NCBI RefSeq assembly: GCF_006345805.1
Contig: NC_043004.1
Span: 104,098,001-104,162,000, forward strand
Length of the DNA: 64,000 nt
Source: Octopus sinensis
Taxonomy: Eukaryota
Direction of reading: 5' to 3'
Below the pieces are notes generated by a model. It had not been told where the DNA came from and searched no databases. It saw nothing but the letters and a program-made list of their open reading frames with translations. Positions 12,900 through 25,912 of the stretch are shown here, one piece after another (within the stretch, counting starts at the first letter, position 1; every line of letters starts with the position of its first letter). A program made the position numbers and the translations under genes.

Positions 12900-14400
12900 A
12901 CCAGCTAAAAAACTTTATAAATAGAATTAAATGGAAGATTCACTGCTATAATAACAACAATCCTAATACGAACAATACTAACATGGAAAATATAGAATAC
13001 ATAAAAAGAAACTTCAAATCTAACCAGGAACCTCCCAATAATAGAATTATAAAGGACTTTGAGGAGAAAATATGGAATATGGTGAAAAATATGAAATTCA
13101 AAAAATACCCTAATAGACACAACAAGCACCTCAGCAACTTAGCTAGAAAAATAGAAATATTAAAGAACCACGATGGAGTTAGAGTACAATCTGATAAGAC
13201 CAGGAATTTATACAGACTGGAAGAACCACTTTATGATAAACTACTAGAAAAGGAAATAATGAAAAAATATAAGGTAGTTAATAAAAATTATTTTGATAAT
13301 ATTAACATAAACTCAAAAAAAATTATGGTTAATATGGTATTGAAAATAGAACTGAACCATATGTCCCGATGCATCTAAGAATAACGATTAAAGACCCCCA
13401 AGTAAGATTAATATGCCCTAGCAAGTCAGATATAGGTAGACTTAGTAAATTAATATTAGATAGATATATAGATAAATTAAATAGGTTAGGTAACCTTAAA
13501 CTCTGGAATTGTACCCGAGATACTATAAAATGGTTTAATAATATTAAAAAGAATAGATGTAAATTCCTTCAAATTGATATAGAGAATTTTTAATCATCTA
13601 TAAATGAAGTGGTTTTAAATAAGGCTCTATCATACGTCATGAGAAAGGTAAATATGTCACTTGAAGAAGTCAAAGTAGTGTTGGCCGCGAGGAAGTCTAT
13701 TGGGAAATATAAAGATAAGCTATGGGCAAGAAAAGACAAGAGATTGTTTAGATATACCCACGGGTGCTCCAGATTCTGCCCAGGTTACCGATCTTGTAGG
13801 TTTATATATCGTATGTGAACTAAAGAAAGAGTTTACGAATATAGGGGGTGGTCTTTATAGGGACGACCTACAACTTATAACCAGGAACTGTACCAATAGG
13901 TCATTAGTATGCCTTAAGAAGAAAATGTACGAGTTCTTTAAGAATAATGGCCAAGGGATATCTATAGAGAAAGAGCATTATGCAGTGAATTATCTAGACG
14001 TCAACCTTAATGTAGTCACTAATACGATCCATCCATTCCATAAGTTGAATGAAAACCTAAAGTATATTAGTTCTTTAAGTAGCCATCCTAGATCATTTAA
14101 AGAAGCTTTTTATAGATAACATAAGCAAAAAAAAATCTATGCTATCCTCAGATTATGACAGTTTGAATAAACATGCCCATATTATAATAAAGTATTAAAA
14201 GAAGCAGGATATAACTCTAATATAAAATTCTATAATTACTACGAACACGTTAATAATGATAATAATATAACAAGTATTCCTAATAAAGCTAATAATAAAT
14301 CTAACAGTAAAAATATAAATAATAATAATAAAAGACAATATAACAAACTAAAATTATATAATAACAAATTATATATATCTCCCAACATAGGTAAATTGAA
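12900..14400 (+). pseudogene. decayed Penelope-like element reverse transcriptase
   Basis: Frameshifted motifs VRLICPSKSDIGRLSK, FLQIDIENF, PTGAPDSAQVTDLVGLYI, GLYRDD, NYLDVNL, YISSLSSHP; flanked by TA-rich repeats. Confidence 0.85.
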
Positions 14401-14784
14401 GATAATAATAGAGGATGGTTTAAATTTAAACTATGACTAGTGTAATTACCTCCATTGGTACTAATTGCCTATAAATTCCCATAGTTCCCTGCTATCTTTA
14501 TCTTCTTCCTCTAATCGCCATATTGAAAGCTAATCCTGGTACCAACAAAAAAGAAGATATGTATTTGAAGTTTTCTTGTTATATTTCACATTTAAACACA
14601 GACATTTTTATTCTGAAGTATAATTTTATATCTTATAATTTGTATTTGACATTATACACATGACTTTCAAGGTTGATATATATATATACTAATTCATATT
14701 TATAATGAAGGTGCTACGCATTGGGACTGAACCTGGAACCATGTGGTTGGTAAGTAAACTACTTACCACACAGCCACTCCTACA

Positions 14785-14839
<55 letters not shown>

Positions 14840-14907
14840 ATTGTTACTTTTTATTTTTATTTTTTTAATTATTATTATTATTATTATTATTATTATTTTA
14901 TATATAA

Positions 14908-14961
<54 letters not shown>

Positions 14962-15742
14962 TGCATACATACACACATACATACAAACATACATATATAC
15001 ACTACACATACATACACATAAACAAACACATATGCATGAACATGTAGATATTTGTATGTGTATATAAAATCAATGAAGAAGGAGGCATTGTACAAGTGGA
15101 GGCTTAAACAGAGCACAGCAGGAAAACCAAACGGAAAAAGACACTTCGAGAAAAAGAATGCGAACGCTTCTTCCAGAAGTATAAAATATTTCAAACAAAT
15201 AACAAAAGATGGTAGAGAAATATCAACACCATAAAATGTCACGTAAAACATGATACCAGAAGACTCACCAGCGCCAACGGAATTCAGATTTACTAGCGAG
15301 GAATATGGAGCAATGATACGCAACCCAGTAAAAATGCACAATCGTTCAACGTAACCGTACAACTTTCGTCTATTATAACTGAGAGAAAAGTCAATAACAC
15401 GTTCAGAAGTACAAGCAATTAGAAAGCATGCGGGTGTGTTTCTAATTTCTGGATGAAATACCTGACCAGTATGTAGTAATAGCGTTCAATGAAGGGATAA
15501 TTAAACCAGAGTTAGCACCTGATTAAAGGTTGGAGAGTCAAAGATAACACTAATCTCCTCTCCCACAAATTTATAGACCCATAATATGCCTACCAAGAAC
15601 ATATAAAGCCCTCACATTCCTACTATACAACTGGGTGGCTATACACCCTGAAAGGAACAATATATTGACAGAGGAACGTACAGGAAGCCAGAAATTTACG
15701 TATCACTGTAAACAGCAGCTATTAACGAGCTATGAAATTATA

Positions 15743-16006
15743 CGCGAGGGTGCTGAAAAACTCCGGGTGTCTCGAAAGGCCTGGTTGAAGGCCTCACCTT
15801 CCGAGTTCTTTTACAGGGTTTAGAAAAACTGAAGGACCGCTGCAAAAAGTGTGTGAATCTGAGAGGGGAATTTTTTTTTCTCTCTAGTTTCAGCTCAGAG
15901 CTGCGGCCATGTTGATGCACCGCCGTTATGTTGAATAAAATCATAATTAACTGATCCTCTTGTGTTTTCGCTTACTCAAAGCCAGGAACTTTTCAGCACC
16001 CCCTCA
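15743..16006 (+). mobile_element. internally deleted mariner (MITE-like)
   Basis: Imperfect TIRs GGGTGCTGAAAA / TTTTCAGCACCC flanked by TA; residual C-terminal GLEKLKDRCKKCVNLRGEF. Confidence 0.7.
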
Positions 16007-16425
16007 TAAACTTTAACATTGGTTGGACCACCGAAAGACGTTTGGTAGCATTCCACACTCATAGATACTGAACACGCTCAACAAAGTAGCCTCAACGTTT
16101 ACGAAATGCAACAGCCATACTATGGCATGACAGAAGGCTACAATGTCATTACAAAACAAAAAGGAGACACTCAAAACCAACGCTATACACATAAGATGAT
16201 GCATCTTCCTTGAGGACTCATTATCTCCATTACTCTTACACTGACCCCGTCCCCTTAACAAACATGTGAAATGAAACCAGCATGGGGTTTACAGATGTTA
16301 TGGACACAATAACATCTCTTCTAAAGGATGACTTGAAGATAGTTACAAAGGACAATACTGATTTTAAATTTTGGCACAATCCAGTAAGTTCAAGGGTTGG
16401 GCTAAATCGTTACATCGACCCCAGT

Positions 16426-16580
16426 ACAGTTCTATATTTAAGAGATGAGGAATTATGTACATTATTTACATTATTTACATTCGACGGATATTTGTCCTCA
16501 TCTTGTTTGTTGTTAACACAACGTTTCGGCTGTCTTAGGGTGTCTTAGGGAAAATTGGAACCTAGGTACTCATTCCTAAG

Positions 16581-16628
<48 letters not shown>

Positions 16629-17288
16629 GTGTTCAGGTCACTGCTTGGAATCGAACTCGGATTCTTGGGGTTAGTAGCCAACGCTCTTAACCACTCCACA
16701 ATGGGCAATTATGGAGTGAGTTTAATATTTTCCTATCCTTCCTTAATACCGGTTCCCATATGCTGCTCATATCTACACTCAATCTGCTTAGGAGGTTGTT
16801 GTGTCCTAGCATATCTGCTGCTTCTTTTAGTTTTTGTATTTTCCAATGGTATTCTCTGTCTATTATTTAAACTTCATCCCACAGGGGGGGGTCTCCATTT
16901 TCCCATACATGATCAGCTATACCCGATTTATCAATATATCCTCGTGTCACAGCTTTGCGATGTTCCTCTACCCTCGTTTTGAGGGGGCGGCATGTTTCGC
17001 CTTTGTATAACCTACCACAGCTGCATGGCATGGAATACACGCAGTCTTTGGTCATATTCTCTTCTATTGGTGGTTTTACTTGGAGGAGATATTTGCAAAG
17101 TGTTGTATTACTTTTGAATACTGTCCTGATGTCATATCTTTTGTATCTTTCCGGAGAGGCCTTTCACATAGGGTTGACAGGTTCGAAATTTCCCCAAGAC
17201 ACCTGAAGAAGGTTGGAGGGTATATCAGCCGAAACGTTGTGTTAACAAGATGAAGACAAATATCCGTCGAATGTAAATAATGTAAATA
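16426..17288 (-). mobile_element. 5'-truncated Penelope-like element with inverted terminal repeat, nested in a SINE B
   Basis: GIY-YIG remnant CVYSMPCSCGRLYKGETCRPLKTRVEEH; inverted arms about 16461-16563 and 17179-17290; 35-bp unpaired tail 16426-16460; duplication ATCGACCCCAGT at 16414-16425 and 17289-17300. Confidence 0.88.
17198..17243 (+). ncRNA. minimal type-I hammerhead ribozyme
   Basis: GACAC-CTGAAGA-A-GGTTG...CAGCC-GAAAC-GTT-GTGTT; stem I 5 bp; palindromic ACGT stem III. Confidence 0.8.
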
Positions 17289-17499
17289 ATCGACCCCAGT
17301 GTTCAACTGATACTTATTTTACCGACCCCAAAAAGCTGAAAGGCAAAGTCGACCTCGGTGGAATTTGAACTCAGTCGTAAAGACGGACGAAATGCTGTTA
17401 AGCAGTCTGTCTGGTGTGCTAACAATTCTACCAGCTCGCTGCCTTTACAAAGGACAATGCTGACGAGCTGGAAAGCCTTCTAAAAGTTGGGTATAATTT

Positions 17500-18290
17500 C
17501 AGCCAAATGATAATGAGTTTGGGCGAGGAAAAATTTAGTACAAAGTTAGAATAAAAAGAGGTAAATTTGCTACAGTTGAGATCCAGATATAGAAACGAAA
17601 ATCAGAGAATCAAACTGGAGCCACCTATAAAAAATACAGAGGAATAGACGAAATTGATAAAGCACAACACACAGAAACGAGGAAGAAAATTAGGAAAGAA
17701 TTACAAAAGAGTGAGGTAAATATATAAAACTGAACTCGAAATTGTTAATAAGATAGTAGGCACCAACACGCTAGCCTTTCCACCTATAAATCCGACACCA
17801 ATGCAAGCAAGATGTTAAAGGAACTGAAAAGCTTAGACAAGAAAAAGAAAAACAGATTTTGACTGAGTTCTGAAGTCACCAATCCGAAACTGATATAGAC
17901 AGAATATACCTATCTGACATACAAGGATCATGAGGTCTGATAGAGATAGAAAACTAATACAGAATAACAACAGTAAAACTAAAACATACCAAAATCAAGC
18001 AAAGTTAAGTTGATAATACTAAAAGGGAACATGAAAAAAATCTCGTCTCTCAATTTATAAGGGGTAGAATGCAAACAAAGAAAACAGTTACTAGGAAAGA
18101 ACAGATCTAAATAAAAAAAAATAAAACAGCTGAAAGGATTAAAAAACAAACGACAAAATCAAAACAGACTTCTAAAGTTTATTGCAGACAACAGTGAGAA
18201 AAGCACTTGTCCTATATCCTACAAAATTCAAAAGAGAGGAAATAAGCCAGATCGGAAACTGATAATAGTTCAAAAGCTCTGGGCCAAAAG
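17500..18290 (+). mobile_element. highly decayed LINE remnant, possibly R4/Dong-type N-terminal region
   Basis: A-rich coding-like sequence with an RQNQNRL motif; weak. Confidence 0.35.
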
Positions 18291-18680
18291 TAGTTAGTGG
18301 TGATCTGAGGTTATTTGTATAAGACTAATCTCAAACCACAAATGACCGCAAAAATAACGCCAAGTGCACACTAGCACACCTGGGGGCGGTAGTAGGTAAT
18401 ATGTGTTTTTCTTGGGGTCCGGGGACGGCAAACAGAAAGATGTGAAAATTGAAATGTACAGAGCAGGTCTCATGAAAGTAAAAATAGCACCAGTAATAAC
18501 TAATAAAAAAAATGTAAGCAAAAATATACAAGCCGTACCATTGTTCCAAATGTTACACACAATCAAGTAAGTGGCTTTACAACTCCTACCGTGTGCAAGA
18601 CACTTAAAGTCAAAAACACAATTCAAACAGTACATTTTCTGAATATAACACCTATCCTACACGATAACTACGACGACGAC

Positions 18681-18739
<59 letters not shown>

Positions 18740-18812
18740 GGATGATGAGATGATGATGATGAGGATGATGAGGATGACGATGACGATGATACAGATGATA
18801 ATGGTGATGATA

Positions 18813-19660
18813 CAGGGTGTTCGGGCTAAATTTGACAGTTTGCATAACAGGAAATGACAACAAGAATCCCACCCTAAAGTAAAAGAATTTGAATGGAAAT
18901 TTTAATATATCGACTTAGATTATGGCTGGTAGATAACAATTTACTCAAAGTAGCCGCCTTCATCTTCCATCACGGCCTCAACACGGCTCCGGAGCCTGGC
19001 GTTTGCGTTCCTCGCTGTATCCTTGGGAAGATCTTCAAATACCTCCTTGATCTTAGCCACCAGCTCGGCCTTGGCTATTTTAGGTAAGGGTAGTTACTGT
19101 CTTTCTCAACTACGCCCCCACATACAGCAATCCATGAGATTACAATCGAGGGAATTGGGGCTGGTGAAGCCATATAAATTTTCCGGCAACCACTTCTGAC
19201 TATTTTGCGAAGCTATGACAAGGAACCACAACACATGGCATTCCAACAGCAACTCTCTCCAGCCAAGGATTGACCACAGTTTCCAGCAGCTTCACATAGG
19301 CGTCTGAATTGAGCCTAAGTCCCTATTCAAAGATGTCGAAATGAACTCCGGCGTACGGACGCAGTCGTAACACCTACTCTGTCCCTTCTTGCTAGCCACA
19401 GTTTCGTAGTCTCCGTCACAGCAGTCCATGCTACGTCTTACAGCCTTTACAGTATTCACAGAGCATTGAGCAGCAGTCATGATGCCGGCATTTTGATACA
19501 GGTTGCTCTTTCCCAATGTTCAGATGGTTTCCAGCCCTCCATATCAGCTAACTTTTTCTCAACAACAGCTTCAATCTTCATGCACTCCAACATCGTTATT
19601 TCAGAACGCAAAGCGCCAGAGCAAATGCCGCTAAGTATTTTGTGGGAAGTGCTAATGACT
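18813..19660 (-). mobile_element. Tc1/mariner (maT-like) remnant
   Basis: TA-CAGGGTG terminus; C-terminal IKEVFEDLPKDTARNANARLRSRVEAVMEDEGGYFE*. Confidence 0.7.
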
Positions 19661-20078
19661 GTTATTTCTTTATTGCCCACAAGGGGCTAAACATAGAGGG
19701 GACAAACAAGGACAGACAAAGGGTTTAAGTCGATTACATCGTCCCCAGTGTGTAACTAGTACTTAATTTATCGACCCCGAAAGGATGAAAGGCAAAGTCG
19801 ACCTCGGCGGAATTCGAACTCAGAACGTAACGGCAGACAAAATACCTATTTTTTTATTACCCACAAAGGGGCTAAACATAGAGGAGACAAACAAGGGGCA
19901 GACAAAGGGTTTAAGTCGATTACATCGACCCCAGTGTGTAACTGGTACTTAATTTATCGAACCCGAAAGGATGAAAGGCAAAGTCGACCTCGGCGGAATT
20001 TGAACTCAGAACGTAACGGCAGACGAAATACCGCTAAACATTCTCCCGGCGTGCTAACGATTCTGCCAGCTCGCCACT
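19661..20078 (-). mobile_element. dimeric SINE family B with LINE-like tail
   Basis: Two units joined at AAATA|GGTATTT near 19846. Confidence 0.9.
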
Positions 20079-20329
20079 TCAGTAACAACAATAATAATTG
20101 TTTTTTCCATAGGCATTGATGGACAAATTTCCAATACGTCACATGACTCTTTCTCATTCTATGAAATCACGTCAGTCTGACCAAACGTGCTGAAGACCGA
20201 ACTCGCACCCTTTTCATCTCATACCTTTCGTCTACTATATTTACCTTTCTCTTTCAACCAACACACATCACCTTTTTTCATTTAATAGGTTCATGATTCC
20301 CGTCACATGTCCCGCACTAATGCAGTCCC

Positions 20330-20450
<121 letters not shown>

Positions 20451-21033
20451 AAATTTACATATTTACACATTGCCAATTGCTGTAGCAATTATTTCTATAG
20501 TTTTATATCTTGTGTTGTTAACAAGCGCTCAACCATATGAGTGGCACCTGCCTCCCAAAATGTCACTTGGTGCAGTGCAGAATAATAAATGTTTCAGCTC
20601 CAGGGGTGTAACTAAACGATTGTAGCTAGTACAATAAAGTCTCACGTATTTAATTTAATGAGTTGGGGAAAAAAATGAATAAATAAATGAATAAATAATA
20701 AAAAAAAAACAAGATATCGATTACCTAATGTCCATGTAATTAGTAAAAAAATCTCCCTCTAGACGTTTAAAATTTGAAAACTAAAATTATAGCAAGGTTT
20801 TGAATTTGTCATCTCATGGAGAGAAACCAAATGCAATAACTGCTTAGACACAACATTATACAGGGAAGTATGCGGGTGGTACAGTCATAGTACTATATAC
20901 AATGTTATAGAGTAGATCATGTCACTATGTTACATGCTATGCAATGTAAATAGAGTCACTATAACTAAAGAGGAGGTTGTATCAGGATACTATATACCAT
21001 ACTAATATAGAAGTGGTATCGATCTACTATATA

Positions 21034-21425
21034 TTCTTTTCTACTCTAGGCACAAGACCCGAAATTTTGGGGGAGGGATCCATTCGATTAGATCGACCCC
21101 AGTACGCAACTAGTACTTAATTTATCGTTCCCGAAAGGATGAAAGGCAAAGTAGACCTTGGCGAAATTTGAACTCAGAACGTAAAGACGGACGAAATACC
21201 TATTTCTTTACTACCCACAAGGGGCAAAAACACAGAGAGGACAAACAAACGGATTAAGTCAATTATATCGACCCCAGTGCGTAACTGGTGTTTAATTTAG
21301 TGACCCCGAAAGAATGAAAGGCAAAGTCGACCTCGGCGGAATTTGAACTCAGAACGTAGTGGCAGACGAAATACCGCTAAGCATTTCGCCCCGCGTGCTA
21401 ACGATTCTGCCAGCTCGCCACCAGC
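21034..21425 (-). mobile_element. dimeric SINE family B with two different tails
   Basis: TSD TCTACTATATA at 21023-21033 and 21426-21436; internal junction AAAGAAATA|GGTATTTCG near 21200. Confidence 0.9.
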
Positions 21426-21759
21426 TCTACTATATAGTTTACAGTAGAGGTCGTGTCGCTATACTATTCTCTACTAAAGTGGACGTAGAAAGTGGTGGAT
21501 GCAGAGGTGTTGCTCTAGTTACCCAGGCAACACCCTTTCTACCCGCACTGTTGCAAGAACATTGTTATTTATTTCCAGTAGTTTGACAGCATTACTGTTT
21601 CATATGCTACAACAAAGTTAGAATACACGAAAATGTGTCCATTTGTTACGAATTGTGATTCCCACCTTTTATAATTTTTTTTTTTGAAACTTTTGGGCAA
21701 CGCCCAAAGCAAAAATCCTGGAATCCCTCCCTGGAAGAGTCATTATATTATATTCTATA

Positions 21760-22147
21760 CTAGCAGTATCGCCCGGCGTTGCTCGGGTTTGTAAGGGAAA
21801 TAACTATATAAGCATTTTTAGAGATGTAAAGTATAATAGCCATCTCAATATGGTTAACCACAAAGGGTGGTGTTACTGTAGCTTTTTACGTTCTGAGATT
21901 TAATAAATTTTTAGAGAGTTACTTCCCTTATATATGCCAAAAGTGCATTAAAAATGGGAAAAATTGATGGTAATTTTTTTTTTAATCGTATACTCATCGT
22001 AGACGCGCGCTAATACCCAGAAGGGCTCGATATGAATCACGACTATAAGATACCCGGTTTTGGTTAAACTGCACCGCAAAATGTGGGAGTAGTTAGGAAT
22101 CTAAATCGTAGGAGACAGACACACAACTTCACTTTTATATATAACGA
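21760..22147 (-). mobile_element. non-autonomous Helitron
   Basis: Minus strand starts TC(GTTATATATAAAAG), ends with hairpin CCCGAGC-AAC-GCCGGG then CTAG; inserted between A and T with no TSD. Confidence 0.85.
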
Positions 22148-22149
22148 TT

Positions 22150-22370
22150 ATAAGGAGGTGAGCTGACAGAGTCATTAGCGCGCGGAACGAACTGCTTAAC
22201 GATATTTCGCCCGTCGCTTCGTTCTAGGTTCAAATTCCGCCGAGGTCGACTTCACTTTTTATCCTTTCGGGGACGATAAAGTAAGTACCAATGGAATTCT
22301 AGGGGTTGATGTAATTGACTAGTCCCCTCCCCCAAAGTTTCGGACCTGGTGCCTATAATAGAAAGGATTA
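22150..22370 (+). mobile_element. SINE family B
   Basis: Head, GGTTCAAATTCCGCCGAGGTCGAC, tail GTGCCTATAATAGAAAGG. Confidence 0.85.
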
Positions 22371-22712
22371 TAATCTACATTATATTATAATGCAGAGAGT
22401 GTCACAATACCATATACCATACAATGAAAGTAATGTCACTATACTACATGCTTTGCAATAGCAGTAATGTTATCGCACTATATTCGAGTTACGTCTACGT
22501 AAATAATATCTATACGTATTCGTAAACAAAACGTGATAACTTATAGTGCTGGTTCTGAATGCTATAGAAATTCTATATTTTATCACTTAAAAATTAGAAT
22601 ATCGCACTCCTAACACAAAAAGTAAGACACTATATAGACTATTGATTTGTAAACTTTTAATATATTTGATGCTATATAATGCTAGCAATTAATATATATG
22701 CATACACACACA

Positions 22713-22760
<48 letters not shown>

Positions 22761-22766
22761 ACACAT

Positions 22767-22931
22767 AGGCGCAGGCGTGGCCTGTGTGGTAAGAAGCTTG
22801 CTTCCGAACCACATGGTTCCGGGTTCAATTCCACCTCGTAGCACCTTGGGCGAGTGCCTTCTACTATAGCCTCGGGCCGACCAAAGCCTTGTGCGTTGTT
22901 TGGTAGACGGAAACTGAAAGAAGCTTGTCAA

Positions 22932-22995
<64 letters not shown>

Positions 22996-23348
22996 GTGTG
23001 TGTAGAAGGTTGAAAAGGAACACACAAGTTGATATATATGGAAAAAAAAGTCAAGATAGAAAATGCTAAAATAATTTTATAAAAAACATTTCAGGACCAG
23101 TTTCAGCCATTGAGACTTTTTCAAATGTAAGTATGGAAAACAATTAAATTTTGAAAAAAATTAAAAGAAAAGATTTTTTGCAAATATTCTTTTAAAAAAC
23201 ATTTTTAAAAAATTTTTCCAAAATTTAATTGTTCTCCATACTTACATTTGAAAAAGTCTCAATGGCTGAAACTGGTCCTGAAATGTTTTTATAAAATTAT
23301 TTTAGCATTTTCTATCTTGACTTTTTTCCACATATCTATATATATATA

Positions 23349-23388
<40 letters not shown>

Positions 23389-23597
23389 GTGTTTGTATCT
23401 GTGTATGTCCCTCCAGCATCGCTTGACAACCGATGTTGGTGTGTTTACGTTCCCGTAATGCACCGGTTCGTCAAAAGGGACCGATAAAATAAGTACCGGT
23501 TTACAAAAGATTAGTCCAGAGGTCGATTTCTTCGACAAAAATGCAATGCTCCGCATGGCACAATCAAAATGACTGAAACAAGTAAAAGAATAAAAGA
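22767..23597 (+). mobile_element. SINE family A with a fold-back element inside its microsatellite
   Basis: Head AGGCGCAGGCGTGG; tail GACTGAAACAAGTAAAAGAATAAAAG. Confidence 0.88.
23004..23336. mobile_element. asymmetric palindromic mini-element with degenerate hammerhead arms
   Basis: Arms about 23031-23162 and 23211-23336; TTGAAAA-AGTC tcaat GGCT-GAAAC TG GTC at 23248-23277. Confidence 0.75.
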
Positions 23598-23607
23598 ACA
23601 ATATATG

Positions 23608-23679
<72 letters not shown>

Positions 23680-23680
23680 T

Positions 23681-23716
<36 letters not shown>

Positions 23717-23733
23717 GTAGGTAGGTAGATAGG

Positions 23734-23807
<74 letters not shown>

Positions 23808-24872
23808 TGTGTGTTTGGTTTCTAAACCACCACTTGAAAGCCAGTTTTGGTTCGTTTATGTTCCCTTAACTTAGCAGTTCAACAAAAGAAAACGATTGAA
23901 TAAGTGTCGGACTTTAAAAAAAGAAGACGTAGTGATGTCAATTTGTTTCGTTAAACCCTTCAAAGCGGTAGCCCAGTATGGCTAAAATCCAATGACTGAA
24001 ACAAGTAAAGGAGTAAAAGAACTATAGACGCACTATCAATCGTACACTTCACTTTATGCCTTAAAAGAAGCTATGTTCTTAAAGTATATTGATCAGAGTA
24101 GTCTATCTATCGCTGAAGATAGAGTTGGGATTGAGCCAAGACACCCTAGAGAAACGATAGCTATTACAGTTAGTCAGTCGATCAGTGAATTTGATGGAAG
24201 AAGATTTCAATGTCAAAGTACAAACCGACATTCCATTTTTCAGCATCTTGTGCCGAGTTGAAGTTAACTCCGCCGTCTTTGTATGTCTCTGCTCGTCACA
24301 CAATTATAGACATCACAACAGTACGATCTTACGACCACGATCTCACAACTACTCCCTCTGTATCCACAACCACCATGACTACTGCTACGACCACCATCAC
24401 CGCCTCCACCACCAACAGCACCATCACCACCATCTTCATCATCATCATCATCACTACTGTAGTAACATCTTCTTTCCTTTTTCTTTTCACTTTTCACTTC
24501 AGTCATTTGACTGCGGTCATGCTGGGGCACTGCCTTAGATGGGTTTAATCGAACAAATCGACTCCAGGACATTCTTGTTAAGCCTAGTACTTATTATATC
24601 GGGCTCTTTCGCCGAACCGCTAAGTTACGGTGACGTAAACACACCAACACCGGTTGTCAAGACACACATAACTATATATATTATATATATATATAATATA
24701 TAATATATAGTTTGGTGCACAATCACTTGGTGAGTGTAGATGCCGTCATTTAGGCTTCATTTTTATTTATTCTTTTAAAACCCTAAACTGAAAGATTACC
24801 ATATACATGTTTATTTCCGTAAACCTGCCTTTCGTCTTTTGTCTATTTTCATAAAGCTTCCCGTTTTATATC

Positions 24873-24906
<34 letters not shown>

Positions 24907-24939
24907 AGAGAGAGAGGAGAGAGAGAGAGAAGAGAGAAT

Positions 24940-25258
24940 CTTCGGTCATGACTGACCATGGATTGACCTAGAAAGTTACCCTCCCAGGCACAAGTCCGGG
25001 CAAGGTTGTTTGTAAGACCAGCAGTCGCCATGCATACCGGCCTCCCCTCTCCATGCCACCATGTTATCCCCAAGGGAAAGGCAAAGGGGCCGATACAGCT
25101 TGGCACCTGTGACATCGCAACTCATTTCTACAGCTAATGAATGAACTGGACGAACGTGAAATAAAGTGTCTTGCTCAAGAACACAACATACCCCGGCTGG
25201 GAATCGAACTCACTACATCAGGATTGAGTCCGACGCTCTAACTACTCAGCCATGCGCC
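24940..25258 (-). mobile_element. tRNA/CORE SINE family C
   Basis: Head GGCGCATGGCTGAGTAGTTAG...GAGTTCGATTCCC, then TGTGTTCTTGAGCAAGACACTT. Confidence 0.85.
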
Positions 25259-25294
25259 TTTATGTGTGTGTGTGTGTGGTGTGTGTGTATGTTG

Positions 25295-25326
<32 letters not shown>

Positions 25327-25519
25327 ATATATATATATTAGATTTCCTTGGCGGGCTGGCCATATCGGAGCAATCTCAAGATTAATCAGCCGAAATTGCT
25401 AAGATGATCTGGTTCTTGACTGATGACTGAGGGCTTCGAATGTCCCGTCCTGTGGTTCTTGTGTCGTCTCTGTGGTGTTTCATGTTCTTGTCCATGTCTG
25501 TAATTATTTTTACTGTTTA

Positions 25520-25556
<37 letters not shown>

Positions 25557-25616
25557 TGGACCGCTGAAATCTACAAGTCTTTTTTTTTTTCATTCTCTGT
25601 TTATTTTCTCTTATTC

Positions 25617-25652
25617 CTTTCTGTTAAAGAACGTAGGCTCGAAATGTAAAAG
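25617..25652 (+). ncRNA. degenerate minimal hammerhead
   Basis: CTTT-CTGTTAA-A-GAAC gtag GCTC-GAAAT-GTA-AAAG. Confidence 0.45.
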
Positions 25653-25673
25653 ACTTTTTTTTCATTTTCCCGA

Positions 25674-25708
<35 letters not shown>

Positions 25709-25912
25709 AGGTACTTATTTAAGCGACCACGAAAGGATGAAAGGTAAAGTCGACCTCGGTGGAATTTGAACTCAGAACGTAGCGGCAGACGAAATACCGC
25801 TAAGCATTTCGCCCGGCGTGCTAACATTTCTACCAGCCTGCCAGATGGCTCTCTTTAATCACTTTATTTAATTAATAGATGGTGATCAATAAACATGGAT
25901 TTCTTTGTGCAG

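Noticed and set aside
25185-25258. tRNA gene candidate
   Set aside because: It is the head of a SINE, continuing into CORE and tail sequence
25340-25450. Hammerhead-like fragments (also 34287, 61505, 62655, 63060)
   Set aside because: Cores or stems too damaged to assemble; probably terminal-repeat remnants
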